DNA of 37,944 nucleotides from a phage. The notes under the pieces were generated by a model. The model was not told where the DNA came from. It saw only the letters and a list, made by a program, of their open reading frames with translations, and did no database searches. Position 1 is the first letter of the stretch; each line of letters opens with the position of its first letter. Below, piece after piece: positions 1 through 8,078 of the stretch. The DNA lies in the sequence record PZ247578.1; one strand, 5' to 3'. Position numbers and translations under genes: made by a program.

Positions 1-70
1 ACCTACAGTCCTACAACCTACAGTCCTACAACCTACAGTCCTACAACCTACAGTCCTACAACCTACAGTC
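1..70. repeat. Left terminal tandem array of a 15-bp unit (ACCTACAGTCCTACA), about 4.7 copies; probable part of the direct terminal repeat
   Basis: Perfect 15-bp periodicity read directly; the same unit recurs at the right end (37824..37944). Confidence 0.8.
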
Positions 71-224
71 ACAACCATAAGACACTCACATCCTACAGTC
101 ATAGACCTACAGTTAATAGACACAAGGCTATAGACTTAAGGTCTAAGACATGTTAGTCAAAGACTATATCCTCTTACACCATGGGGCCGACGATAGCTTA
201 ATCAATATTATTTAAGATTATCTA

Positions 225-253
225 TTGACTACAGGTCCAGACTATGGCTTAAT
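225..253 (+). promoter_or_regulatory. Candidate host sigma70 early promoter (TTGACT, 17-nt spacer, TG-n-CTTAAT)
   Basis: -35 TTGACT at 225..230 and an extended -10-like hexamer at 248..253; sits where T7 has the A1-A3 early promoters. The -10 is weak. Confidence 0.35.
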
Positions 254-365
254 AGCTTCCGTCAACACGACACGGCAACAACCGGATAGTGAAGACGCCG
301 GGTCATCCCGGTTAAGTAGACAGCCTGATAAGTCATACGAACAACAGGCAGATGACAGAAAGTAG

Positions 366-400
366 TTGACAAGATGTACCGACTTAAAGTAGTATGTACC
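366..400 (+). promoter_or_regulatory. Candidate host sigma70 early promoter resembling T7 A2/A3 (TTGACA ... TAGTAT GTACCACAT)
   Basis: TTGACA at 366..371, TAGTAT at 390..395 (18-nt spacer), followed by GTACCACAT as I recall downstream of the T7 A3 -10. Confidence 0.5.
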
Positions 401-510
401 ACATCAACACGAAACAACGGTGACGACCAACACTGAAATGGTCTACCTGAAGTCCTCTGACTGAAGGGAATGCTCTTTAACAATCTGGATAAACTCTTAA
501 TGTGCGCCGA

Positions 511-586
511 CAGTGATTAACTACAGGGTCTTTGAGTCTACATCTGAGGGCCCTGACTGATAGTCACTAACAACTGAGAGGATATA
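511..586 (+). repeat. Copy 1 of an approx. 75-bp duplicated leader element ending in the Shine-Dalgarno of the Ocr-like gene; candidate RNase III processing site or early regulatory leader
   Basis: Near-identical to 1331..1402 (a few mismatches); contains the self-complementary core AGGGCCCT. Confidence 0.6.
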
Positions 587-589
587 ACT

Positions 590-1087
590 ATGGAACGTAA
601 CGCTAACGCATACTATGAGCTGCTGGCTGCAACCGTTGAGGCATTTATCGAGCGTATTCAGTACGACCACCTGACTCAAGATGATGACTACAGCGATGCG
701 CTGCATGAGGTCGTAGACGGTCAGGTCCCGCACTATTACCACGAGATTTTTACGGTGATGGCTGCTGATGGTATAGACAACGAGTTCGAAGACTCTGGGA
801 TGATACCTGAAACCAAGGACGTAACGCGTATCCTACAAGCTCGCATCTATGAGGCGCTGTATAACGATGTGTCTAATAGCTTGGATGTAGTCTGGTTTGA
901 GGATGAAGAGGCAGACGAAGAGGATGAATATTGGGTAGTTGACGCTAAAACAGGCGCAATAATTGTGCAAGCTGTAGCTCTTGAGGTCGCTACTGCATGT
1001 GCCAAGGTTAACTATGCGGCAGGTCGCCACCTGAAGGTGGAAGACATCAATGATAACGTAGTGTTCGACCCTGCGGCTGAGGACTGA
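590..1087 (+). CDS. Ocr-like DNA-mimic anti-restriction protein (gp0.3 homolog) with a C-terminal extension of about 50 aa
   Basis: The stretch [45 protein letters not shown] matches recalled T7 Ocr ([45 protein letters not shown]); acidic [10 protein letters not shown] tract; SD GAGAGGA; 165 aa versus 117 aa in T7. Confidence 0.8.
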   Translation: MERNANAYYELLAATVEAFIERIQYDHLTQDDDYSDALHEVVDGQVPHYYHEIFTVMAADGIDNEFEDSGMIPETKDVTRILQARIYEALYNDVSNSLDVVWFEDEEADEEDEYWVVDAKTGAIIVQAVALEVATACAKVNYAAGRHLKVEDINDNVVFDPAAED

Positions 1088-1092
1088 GAGCG

Positions 1093-1269
1093 ATGATAAC
1101 CTACGGTTTATGCCAGCACCACGTCACCATCGCCCGACTTATGGTCAAGACCGGGCAATTAAACCACGAGGAGTCTATGCGTCTCTTGAAAGTGGTCTAC
1201 AGGAGACGCAAGCGCATACACGACAGCTTACACTCTGAGGATAACCAACAATGTACAGATAACTTATAG
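1093..1269 (+). CDS. Small hypothetical early protein (58 aa), gene 0.4-position ORF
   Basis: ATG directly after the Ocr stop with a weak SD; below the ORF-track length cutoff, translated by hand. Confidence 0.3.
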   Translation: MITYGLCQHHVTIARLMVKTGQLNHEESMRLLKVVYRRRKRIHDSLHSEDNQQCTDNL

Positions 1270-1330
1270 CAGTGAACAGGCATTCTACGATGGGTGCTAC
1301 GAGCTGATGAAGCGCGATACTTGCTAGCGA

Positions 1331-1402
1331 TAGTGATTAACTACAGGGTCTTTGAGTCTACATCTGAAGGCCCTGACTGATAGTCACTAACAACTGAGAG
1401 GA
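1331..1402 (+). repeat. Copy 2 of the approx. 75-bp duplicated leader element, directly upstream of ORF 1408..1635
   Basis: Near-identical to 511..586, including the SD. Confidence 0.6.
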
Positions 1403-1407
1403 CAGAT

Positions 1408-1635
1408 ATGAACACAATCACTGGTGCCATAACCAAAGGTTTTCGAGCAATTTTCGGTGAAACGCAAGAAGTATGCACCAATCATAAATTCGTACTTTCT
1501 TGCGTAGTAGGGGACGAGTTTGACGGATTCGATAAACTGGTGGTTTGCGACCATTGTGGACAAGAGGCTATCCAACGCTCAAACGGTAAATTTGAATTAA
1601 TAGACGATAGCCTTACAGAAGGAGACGGCGAGTAA
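1408..1635 (+). CDS. Hypothetical early protein (75 aa), Cys-rich with a possible zinc-ribbon arrangement (C..C ... CDHC)
   Basis: SD GAGAGGA; preceded by the duplicated leader; four Cys positioned like a small Zn-binding module. Confidence 0.6.
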   Translation: MNTITGAITKGFRAIFGETQEVCTNHKFVLSCVVGDEFDGFDKLVVCDHCGQEAIQRSNGKFELIDDSLTEGDGE

Positions 1636-1667
1636 CCTAGATAAACAGGAGAGAACCAAATCGTAGC

Positions 1668-1695
1668 TTGACCATAACGCTGACAGGTGGATACT
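1668..1695 (+). promoter_or_regulatory. Candidate host sigma70 promoter (TTGACC, 16-nt spacer, GATACT)
   Basis: The -10 hexamer GATACT is the one I recall for T7 A1; spacing 16 nt. Confidence 0.4.
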
Positions 1696-1705
1696 GAGTG
1701 ATAGA

Positions 1706-1736
1706 CGAGAGGTCATCGACTGATAGGTGGCCTCAA
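1706..1736 (+). ncRNA. RNase III-like hairpin (GAGGUCA ... UGGCCUC), R0.5-like position
   Basis: 7-bp stem with one G-U pair and a 13-nt loop; same AGGTCA...GGCC(T) motif as the hairpins at 5483, 12305 and 34590. Confidence 0.4.
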
Positions 1737-1767
1737 AGATTACCACTTACATTAATAGGAGTTAACT

Positions 1768-1857
1768 ATGAATATCGGTTACTGGGTGTGCTTATCTCCG
1801 GTCATCTTTCTGATAGGGTATGGGATATACGACTGTATTAAACGGAAATCACTATGA
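1768..1857 (+). CDS. Small hydrophobic early peptide (29 aa, MNIGYWVCLSPVIFLIGYGIYDCIKRKSL)
   Basis: SD TAGGAG; one predicted transmembrane-like segment; stop overlaps the next start (ATGA). Confidence 0.4.
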   Translation: MNIGYWVCLSPVIFLIGYGIYDCIKRKSL

Positions 1858-2051
1858 GTCTTGCACTATTGATAGCCATAGGCTATGGACTTATCGCCTA
1901 CGTGCTGGTGAGAGACATCAACAAGGCACGTAAAGTCTATAAATTCAACTATGTACGTCTGGGCCGCTGGACTGTACGTCAACCTAACGGACGATTCATG
2001 CGCAACTTAGCGAACGTCTGGGATATAGCAACTCTTGGGAGCAAACTGTAA
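1854..2051 (+). CDS. Hypothetical early protein (65 aa) with an N-terminal hydrophobic helix
   Basis: Translationally coupled to the ORFs on either side. Confidence 0.55.
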   Translation: MSLALLIAIGYGLIAYVLVRDINKARKVYKFNYVRLGRWTVRQPNGRFMRNLANVWDIATLGSKL

Positions 2052-2377
2052 TGAACAAGTCATACGGGATTAATCTGGTACACTCTATGGACGCAGACAT
2101 GCAAATGTTAAGCCTACTGGCTACCGGGTATCGTCACGGAACGTCAAGTCACACCGCACGTCAACAGCAGGAGCGGGACCGTGTACTACAGGCGCGACTC
2201 CGGGCAGAGGGCCATATATACGAACTGATGAGTCTGGCGTTTGGTGGACGACCGCTCACTGACGATGGTAAACTTTTAGTCTCAGGCTGGAAGGCGATAG
2301 ACCAACGGTCAGCCATCAAGCACACGACTCACGGTGACTTCAGTCATCTTCACGCTAACCCACTGATATGCAAGTAA
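2051..2377 (+). CDS. Hypothetical early protein (108 aa)
   Basis: ORF with SD GGGAG, coupled to the upstream ORF (TAATG); occupies the T7 0.6/0.7 region but is far too short to be the 0.7 kinase. Confidence 0.55.
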   Translation: MNKSYGINLVHSMDADMQMLSLLATGYRHGTSSHTARQQQERDRVLQARLRAEGHIYELMSLAFGGRPLTDDGKLLVSGWKAIDQRSAIKHTTHGDFSHLHANPLICK

Positions 2378-2382
2378 TTATG

Positions 2383-2406
2383 ACTTAACTATCACTATAG
2401 GACTCA
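2383..2406 (+). promoter_or_regulatory. Phage RNAP promoter-like sequence (TTAACTATCACTATAGGACTC) upstream of the RNA polymerase gene
   Basis: Matches the core repeated 11 times in the window; followed by an R1-like leader (GACTCAAGGTC, then two copies of TAAGTGAAAGAC). Confidence 0.6.
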
Positions 2407-2474
2407 AGGTCTAAGACTCCAAGTGAAAGACCAAAGAGACTTTAAGTGAAAGACTAATAACAAGGACTTTAAGT

Positions 2475-5156
2475 ATGAGCGTCATCTCTATTGACAAACA
2501 CGACTTCTCTGATGTGTCGAACGCCATTGAGCCGTTTAACCTGCTGGCTGACCACTACGGGCAAGACCTTGCAGTCAAACAGCTTCAGCTTGAGCATGAG
2601 GCATATACAGAAGGCGAGCGACGTTTCATCAAGAACCTTGAGCGCCAGACTGAGCGCGGGGAACTGGCAGACAATCAGGTCGCCAAGCCTTTGATGCAGA
2701 CTCTGGTCCCTAAGATTGCGCAAGCCGTCAAGGAGTGGCATGAAGGTCCAGACGGGAAACTGTCAACCTCTCGTCCTAGCGTAGCGTTCACCATGTTGAG
2801 CACTGATGAGAAGGCCGTCAAGGACCGCTCTATGCGCATCTCCTGTGAGTCCGCTGCGGTTATCATACTGAAGGTCATACTCTCAAAGCTGGTAAAGCCT
2901 GAAGGGATACCGATTACACCGATGGCCTCCGCGATAGGTCGCACACTTGAGGACGAAATCCGCTTCGGTCGCATCCGTGACAAAGAGAAAGAGCACTTCA
3001 AGAAGGCGATAGCTGATAACCTGAATAAGAGGGCCGGGGCGTCATACAAGAAAGCCTACATGCAAGCGGTCGAGGCGTCCATGCTGGAGCAAGGCCAACT
3101 GGAAGATGCGTGGGGGACTTGGAGTCCTACAGAGGCTGTCCACGTTGGCATCAAGATGCTCGAGATTGTCATCCAGTCAACACAACTGGTCGAGCTTAAG
3201 CGGTACGGTGCTGGTAATGCAGCGGCTGACGTAGAGATGGTCCACCTGTCAGACTTCTGGGTCAAGAAGATGGCACAACGAGGATTCAGCCTTGCGGGTA
3301 TCGCTCCAGTCTACCAGCCTTGCGTCGTTCCACCTAAGCCGTGGACTGGTGTCGTAGGTGGTGGGTACTGGGCCAAAGGTCGCAGACCGTTACCATTGAT
3401 TCGCTTAGGGTCTAAGTCTGCGGTAGCACGTTATGAAGACGTATACATGCCTGAAGTCTATGACGCTGTGAATATCATCCAGAATACACCTTGGAAAGTG
3501 AACAAGAAGGTATTGGACGTGGTGAACACGGTCGAGAAGCTGAACAACACGCCTATTGAGGACATCCCTCAGATGGAACCGCTGAAGCCTGAGGACTATG
3601 CTGGTGAAACCGAGGAGGAACTAAAGGCATGGAAGAAGGCTGCTGCTGGTATCTATCGCCGCGAGAAGGCCAGACAGTCACGCAGATTATCACTGAGCTT
3701 TATCGTTAACCAAGCAAACAAGTTCTCTCAGTTCAAGGCCATCTGGTTCCCGTACAACATGGATTGGCGAGGTCGTGTCTACGCTGTCCCGATGTTCAAC
3801 CCTCAGGGTAACGACATGCAGAAGGGGCTCCTGACTCTGGCAGTCGGAAAGCCTATTGGTGCTGACGGTTTCAAATGGCTGAAGGTCCACGGTGCAAACT
3901 GTGCGGGTGTCGATAAAGTCACCTTCGATGAGCGCATCAAGTGGGTGGAAGACAACCACGAAAACATCATGGCTGCTGCTAAGGCACCGATGGATAGTAT
4001 TGAGTGGTGGGGCAAGTTAGACTCTCCGTTCTGCTTCCTAGCTTTCTGCTTCGAGTATGCTGGCGTAATGCACCACGGCTTGTCTTACTCCTGCTCGCTG
4101 CCGATAGCGTTCGATGGGTCCTGCTCTGGGATTCAGCACTTCAGCGCTATGCTTCGCGACCACATCGGTGGACATGCAGTAAACCTGACGCCATCCGGTA
4201 AGGTCCAAGACATCTACCGCATCGTGTCTGACCGCATTGAGGAGGAGCTTAAAGTCCTACTGGTTAACGGTACGGACAACGAGATGGTAACTCACGAGGA
4301 CAAGAAAACTGGTGAGATTACCGAGCGTCTCAAGCTGGGGACACGAGAGCTTGCCCGTCAGTGGCTGACCTACGGTATGTCACGAAAGGTCACTAAGCGT
4401 TCGGTCATGACTCTGGCCTACGGGTCGAAAGAGTACGGCTTCGCAGACCAAGTTTACGAGGACATCGTGATGCCAGCGATTGACTCAGGGTCTGGCGCTA
4501 TGTTCACTGAACCAAGCCAAGCGTCTCGCTTCATGGCAAAGATGATTTGGGAAGCTGTGAGTGTGACAGTAGTTGCTGCGGTTGACGCGATGAAGTGGCT
4601 TCAAGGTGCTGCCAAGCTGCTGGCTGCTGAGGTGAAGGACAAGAAGACTGGAGAAATCCTGAAGCCTTGCCTTCCGGTACACTGGGTCACACCTGATGGG
4701 TTCCCGGTCTGGCAGGAGTACCGCAAGAAGGATACTACTCGTCTGAACCTGATGTTCTTAGGGTCATTCAATCTTCAGCCTACCGTCAACAAAGGTACGA
4801 AGAAAGAGCTGGACAAGCACAAGCAGGAGTCAGGCATTAGCCCGAACTTCGTCCACTCACAAGATGGTAGCCACCTCCGCAAGACTGTAGTCCACACTCA
4901 CCGAAAGTATGGCGTGATGTCATTCGCAGTGATTCACGATAGCTTCGGGACCATCCCGGCTGACGCTGAGTATCTGTTCCGTGGCGTCCGTGAGACGATG
5001 GTAGAGACTTACCGCGATAACGATGTGCTGCTTGACTTCTACGAGCAGTTCGAATACCAGCTTCACGAGAGTCAGCGCGACAAGTTGCCTGAGCTTCCGA
5101 AGAAAGGTAAACTGAATATCGAGGACATCTTGTCTTCAGACTTTGCATTCGCTTAA
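2475..5156 (+). CDS. Single-subunit DNA-directed RNA polymerase (T7 gp1 homolog), 893 aa
   Basis: Catalytic motifs DGSCSGIQHFSAM and HDSFGT; length and position as in T7; ends in FAFA like T7 RNAP. Confidence 0.97.
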   Translation: MSVISIDKHDFSDVSNAIEPFNLLADHYGQDLAVKQLQLEHEAYTEGERRFIKNLERQTERGELADNQVAKPLMQTLVPKIAQAVKEWHEGPDGKLSTSRPSVAFTMLSTDEKAVKDRSMRISCESAAVIILKVILSKLVKPEGIPITPMASAIGRTLEDEIRFGRIRDKEKEHFKKAIADNLNKRAGASYKKAYMQAVEASMLEQGQLEDAWGTWSPTEAVHVGIKMLEIVIQSTQLVELKRYGAGNAAADVEMVHLSDFWVKKMAQRGFSLAGIAPVYQPCVVPPKPWTGVVGGGYWAKGRRPLPLIRLGSKSAVARYEDVYMPEVYDAVNIIQNTPWKVNKKVLDVVNTVEKLNNTPIEDIPQMEPLKPEDYAGETEEELKAWKKAAAGIYRREKARQSRRLSLSFIVNQANKFSQFKAIWFPYNMDWRGRVYAVPMFNPQGNDMQKGLLTLAVGKPIGADGFKWLKVHGANCAGVDKVTFDERIKWVEDNHENIMAAAKAPMDSIEWWGKLDSPFCFLAFCFEYAGVMHHGLSYSCSLPIAFDGSCSGIQHFSAMLRDHIGGHAVNLTPSGKVQDIYRIVSDRIEEELKVLLVNGTDNEMVTHEDKKTGEITERLKLGTRELARQWLTYGMSRKVTKRSVMTLAYGSKEYGFADQVYEDIVMPAIDSGSGAMFTEPSQASRFMAKMIWEAVSVTVVAAVDAMKWLQGAAKLLAAEVKDKKTGEILKPCLPVHWVTPDGFPVWQEYRKKDTTRLNLMFLGSFNLQPTVNKGTKKELDKHKQESGISPNFVHSQDGSHLRKTVVHTHRKYGVMSFAVIHDSFGTIPADAEYLFRGVRETMVETYRDNDVLLDFYEQFEYQLHESQRDKLPELPKKGKLNIEDILSSDFAFA

Positions 5157-5170
5157 CAGGAGAGAGAGTT

Positions 5171-5386
5171 ATGAAATTTGCACACAAGCAGACTGGCGTT
5201 AAGGGCGGGACTCAAATCGTGACCGTAACAGAACACAACGGCAAGGGTCTGGTGAAGACCACGGTCATTCCTACCGAAATGTCAAAGCAGCTTAACGTCC
5301 CATTCAAGACCCTCGTCTATCTTGTGGAATCTAGCCACGAGAAATACCTGAAAGACGCAGTGTCCAAGCTGGAGCATACCAAATGA
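5171..5386 (+). CDS. Hypothetical protein (71 aa) between the RNAP gene and the phi1.1-like promoter; no T7 counterpart at this position
   Basis: Strong SD ACAGGAGAGAG; basic and Lys-rich. Confidence 0.6.
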   Translation: MKFAHKQTGVKGGTQIVTVTEHNGKGLVKTTVIPTEMSKQLNVPFKTLVYLVESSHEKYLKDAVSKLEHTK

Positions 5387-5460
5387 CAGACCTACAGTTA
5401 CTGGCCCTGTGGCTGGGAGCACTCGCAGTATTCACTTTAATCCAACGCAGAAGAGGTTAA
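5383..5460 (+). CDS. Small hydrophobic peptide (25 aa, MTDLQLLALWLGALAVFTLIQRRRG)
   Basis: ATG overlaps the upstream stop (AAATGA); single transmembrane-like helix with a basic C-terminus; hand-translated. Confidence 0.3.
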   Translation: MTDLQLLALWLGALAVFTLIQRRRG

Positions 5461-5463
5461 CCC

Positions 5464-5486
5464 TAAACTATCACTATAGGATTAGA
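5464..5486 (+). promoter_or_regulatory. Phage RNAP promoter (TAAACTATCACTATAGGATTAG), phi1.1-like
   Basis: Consensus core; immediately followed by an RNase III-like hairpin. Confidence 0.8.
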
Positions 5487-5530
5487 CTCAAGGTCATGAC
5501 TCAAAGTCGTGGCCTTCATGATTAACCCTA
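5483..5530 (+). ncRNA. RNase III-like processing hairpin (R1.1 position)
   Basis: AGACTCAAGGTCATG...GTGGCCTTCATGATTAAC; same family as 12305 and 34590. Confidence 0.55.
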
Positions 5531-5554
5531 ACTCATTCAATCAGGAGCTACACC

Positions 5555-5734
5555 ATGTATCAGAACACTATCAACTTCGAGCGAATCCGTGAACGTCAGC
5601 AGACTGAAGATTATATTCCGAAGGGACGCAAGCTGAACAAGACCAAGCGTGGTGGAGGTGTCAAGGGTGCTTTCCGTAACGCTGAAGGCAAAGACTCTAT
5701 GGTCAACCAAGAGAAATACTTCGTAGGAGCATAA
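5555..5734 (+). CDS. gp1.1-like small basic protein (59 aa)
   Basis: KGRKLNKTKR matches my recollection of T7 gp1.1; SD CAGGAG; below the ORF-track cutoff, hand-translated. Confidence 0.6.
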   Translation: MYQNTINFERIRERQQTEDYIPKGRKLNKTKRGGGVKGAFRNAEGKDSMVNQEKYFVGA

Positions 5735-5737
5735 GTC

Positions 5738-5998
5738 ATGAACCATTACGAGCTTAAAGATTTCGCAAAGAGTCTTGGACTTGTGGTTGAGCACGACTGG
5801 TATGAGGACCTCCAGCGTAGACTTAAGGTAGAGCGAGTGTCCTTCAGGACAGACTACAGGTACTCACCAAAGAACGGCTACGAGAGAGGGGACCTGATAG
5901 CGAGACTTGAGTTTAATGACTCAATGGGTCCAACAGAATACGCCGATGCCATCGGTCCGGCTTACAACGCACTTAAACAATTTGAACTGTGGAGATAA
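5738..5998 (+). CDS. gp1.2-like protein (possible dGTPase inhibitor homolog), 86 aa
   Basis: Position and size match T7 gp1.2 (85 aa); a shared HDWYED / DDWYD-like motif; weak similarity only. Confidence 0.5.
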   Translation: MNHYELKDFAKSLGLVVEHDWYEDLQRRLKVERVSFRTDYRYSPKNGYERGDLIARLEFNDSMGPTEYADAIGPAYNALKQFELWR

Positions 5999-6002
5999 CA
6001 CA

Positions 6003-7064
6003 ATGACAACTATCAAAACCAACCCGCATCGCGCTGTAGATTACTCTGAGTCAGGCGTTAAGAAAGCGCTTGAAGCTGCTGGGTCGCTGGAAGCCGAAGT
6101 GAAGTATGACGGTGTGCGATTGAATATTCCGGTCTTCCCTGATGGGCGAACTGAATGGTTAAGCCGTGAGTCAAAGACGCTGCCGGCCTTAGACCATTTG
6201 TCAACAGTTGGTCAGGACATCGGAGCATGCCGTGCGTCCGACTGGCGATGGTTCCTGAAGCAAGCAGGACATGAAGTCTCTGGTCTGATGATTGACGGAG
6301 AGGTGATGGTCAAGGGTGTAGACTTCAACACATCCTCAGGTCTTATCCGCACCATGTGGTCTGACCGCAAGAACTACAAGTGGAACATTAACCCTAAGGC
6401 CGATATGGAGACCAAGAAGTCTAACAAGGTCCCATTCCAGATTAGCCCTGAGTTCCTACAAGTGGTCGTCTACGGGGTCATCGACCTTAACATCATCAAC
6501 GACCCGAAAGCAGAAGGTCCTATCCATAGCGTAACCCGCCTGAAGGCCGAAGCTATCGTCCCTCTCCTCCAGAAATACTTCCCTGAAATAAACTGGGTTC
6601 TGTCTGAGTCACACACGGTCTATGACCTTGAGTCGCTCAACTCCCTGTACGAACAGAAGCGTCTGGAAGGACATGAGGGTCTGGTAGTCAAGGACCCACT
6701 TGGTAAGTGGAAGCGTGGTAAGAAGTCAGGCATGTGGAAGATGAAGCCTGAGGAGACCATCGACGGGACCGTGTGTGGCCTCGTGTGGGGGACTCCTGGC
6801 AAGGCTAACGAAGGTAAGGTGATTGGCTTTGAGGTGCTGCTTGAGGATGGAATGGTGGTTAATGCTTGTGGTCTGACTGAAGAACAGAAGGATGAGTTTA
6901 CGGAAGCCTGTAACACTGATACATATATTCTCGGTGGAATCAATCCATACGAAGGCTGGCAGTGTGAAGTCCTATTCATGGAGCGCTTCCCGGATGGCTC
7001 ACTACGTCACCCTAGCTTCAAGTGCTGGCGCGGGACGGAAGATAACCCTACCATTAAGAGCTAA
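6003..7064 (+). CDS. ATP-dependent DNA ligase (gp1.3 homolog), 353 aa
   Basis: N-terminus MTTIKTNPHRAV..EAEVKYDGVR carries the KxDG adenylation motif and resembles T7 ligase; start taken at the internal ATG 6003 rather than the ORF-track start 5907. Confidence 0.92.
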   Translation: MTTIKTNPHRAVDYSESGVKKALEAAGSLEAEVKYDGVRLNIPVFPDGRTEWLSRESKTLPALDHLSTVGQDIGACRASDWRWFLKQAGHEVSGLMIDGEVMVKGVDFNTSSGLIRTMWSDRKNYKWNINPKADMETKKSNKVPFQISPEFLQVVVYGVIDLNIINDPKAEGPIHSVTRLKAEAIVPLLQKYFPEINWVLSESHTVYDLESLNSLYEQKRLEGHEGLVVKDPLGKWKRGKKSGMWKMKPEETIDGTVCGLVWGTPGKANEGKVIGFEVLLEDGMVVNACGLTEEQKDEFTEACNTDTYILGGINPYEGWQCEVLFMERFPDGSLRHPSFKCWRGTEDNPTIKS

Positions 7065-7072
7065 CTAAACGT

Positions 7073-7110
7073 CAACCCAGTGGTCTTCGGACTGCTGGGT
7101 TTCTTTGCTT
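7073..7110 (+). terminator. Intrinsic terminator (T7 TE-like): stem-loop with a UUCG tetraloop plus a U-rich tail
   Basis: AACCCAGTGGTC-TTCG-GACTGCTGGGTT followed by TCTTTGCTTTG; lies just after the ligase gene, as TE does in T7. Confidence 0.75.
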
Positions 7111-7148
7111 TGTGCTAGCAAGCTATCGTCTGGGACACCAGCTAGACC

Positions 7149-7172
7149 CTAAGCTATCACTATAGGACAACC
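7149..7172 (+). promoter_or_regulatory. Phage RNAP promoter variant (AAGCTATCACTATAGGACAACC)
   Basis: Core ATCACTATAGG with a -12 variant. Confidence 0.7.
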
Positions 7173-7198
7173 GTAACTTCGACCTAAGGAGGCCGACC

Positions 7199-7453
7199 AT
7201 GTTTAAGAACTTAATGTTCAACCGTTATTCCAATACCTTCCATCTGTCCAACAACCCGTTCGCCTGCATTAAGCGCAACGAGAAGCTGGGCTACTTCGGG
7301 AAGGCCGTTAAGCTGTCACCTACAGTCTACGCTCTGATTACTCCGGGCAAAGCTGAAGAGGCTCGCCAGAAGCGTGAGACAAATGTGCCAGTGGTATACA
7401 CCAAGTGGCCACGCGTTCGTCTATTCATTGAGTACATGAAGGAGGTGTTATGA
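7199..7453 (+). CDS. Hypothetical protein (84 aa), gene 1.5/1.6 position
   Basis: SD AAGGAGG; ORF follows a phage promoter. Confidence 0.65.
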   Translation: MFKNLMFNRYSNTFHLSNNPFACIKRNEKLGYFGKAVKLSPTVYALITPGKAEEARQKRETNVPVVYTKWPRVRLFIEYMKEVL

Positions 7454-7522
7454 TTAGATGTATTGCTTTCTTAGAGAAAGATGACCGTTAACACACATAC
7501 ATGCAATAAAGGAGCTAACAAT

Positions 7523-7996
7523 ATGAACGCACTTGAACAAGAGATTATCATTAAGTTGGTAGATAATAACGAAGGTCGCCCAGATGATTTGAATGGCTGC
7601 GGTATTTTCTGCCATAATGTCCCTTGCTACCTATGCCCTGTAAATATCAATAAAAAGATAACCTTAGGTGAAATCCGAGCGATGGACATACGTAAGCCTA
7701 AACTGGAGAAACCAGAGGTAACTACTACAGAAGACCAGCCTTACGCTAAGGCTATCGACGACGTACGCAAGCCGTCCCACTATCAGGTCTTTGACGGTGT
7801 GGAGTCCATTGAGATTATCGCTCGGTCCCTGACTGTCAGCGAGTTCCGTGGTTTCTGCATGGGTAACGTCCTGAAGTATCGACTACGAGCTGGTAAGAAG
7901 TCAGAGCTGGCGACTATGGAGAAGGACCTGAACAAAGCAGCCTTCTATCAGGAGCTGTTCGACCTACATAAAGGTAAGTGCTATGCTGCCGAGTGA
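7523..7996 (+). CDS. gp1.7-like protein with a DUF3310-type C-terminal motif (possible nucleotide kinase), 157 aa from ATG 7523
   Basis: PSHYQV..GVESIEII..F..GNVLKYRLRAGKK resembles the motif I recall in T7 gp1.7 relatives; SD AAAGGAG at 7523; an upstream ATG at 7481 is possible. Confidence 0.6.
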   Translation: MNALEQEIIIKLVDNNEGRPDDLNGCGIFCHNVPCYLCPVNINKKITLGEIRAMDIRKPKLEKPEVTTTEDQPYAKAIDDVRKPSHYQVFDGVESIEIIARSLTVSEFRGFCMGNVLKYRLRAGKKSELATMEKDLNKAAFYQELFDLHKGKCYAAE

Positions 7997-8078
7997 GTGG
8001 TGCGAGCGTAAATTTGAGGAGACAGGTAACGTCGATTACCTTCAGCTCTACAACTTATGGAAGGAGCGTGGTCTATGA
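7983..8078 (+). CDS. Small hypothetical ORF (31 aa), gene 1.8 position
   Basis: Overlaps the gp1.7 stop and the gp2 start; hand-translated. Confidence 0.3.
   Translation: MLPSEWCERKFEETGNVDYLQLYNLWKERGL

Noticed and set aside
1-70. Terminal 15-bp tandem arrays as a possible CRISPR array
   Set aside because: Units are contiguous with no unique spacers, only 15 bp long, and sit at both genome termini; this is a terminal repeat, not CRISPR.
262-742. Minus-strand ORFs at the left end (262..483, 521..742)
   Set aside because: No ribosome-binding sites; they overlap the early promoter region and the duplicated leader; likely chance ORFs.
2491-5187. Numerous 60-124-aa ORFs in alternative frames or on the minus strand within the RNAP gene
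   Set aside because: All are embedded in a single well-supported 893-aa gene and lack translation signals.
5907-6002. ORF-track start of the ligase at 5907
   Set aside because: It overlaps the preceding gene; the T7 ligase N-terminus aligns from ATG 6003.
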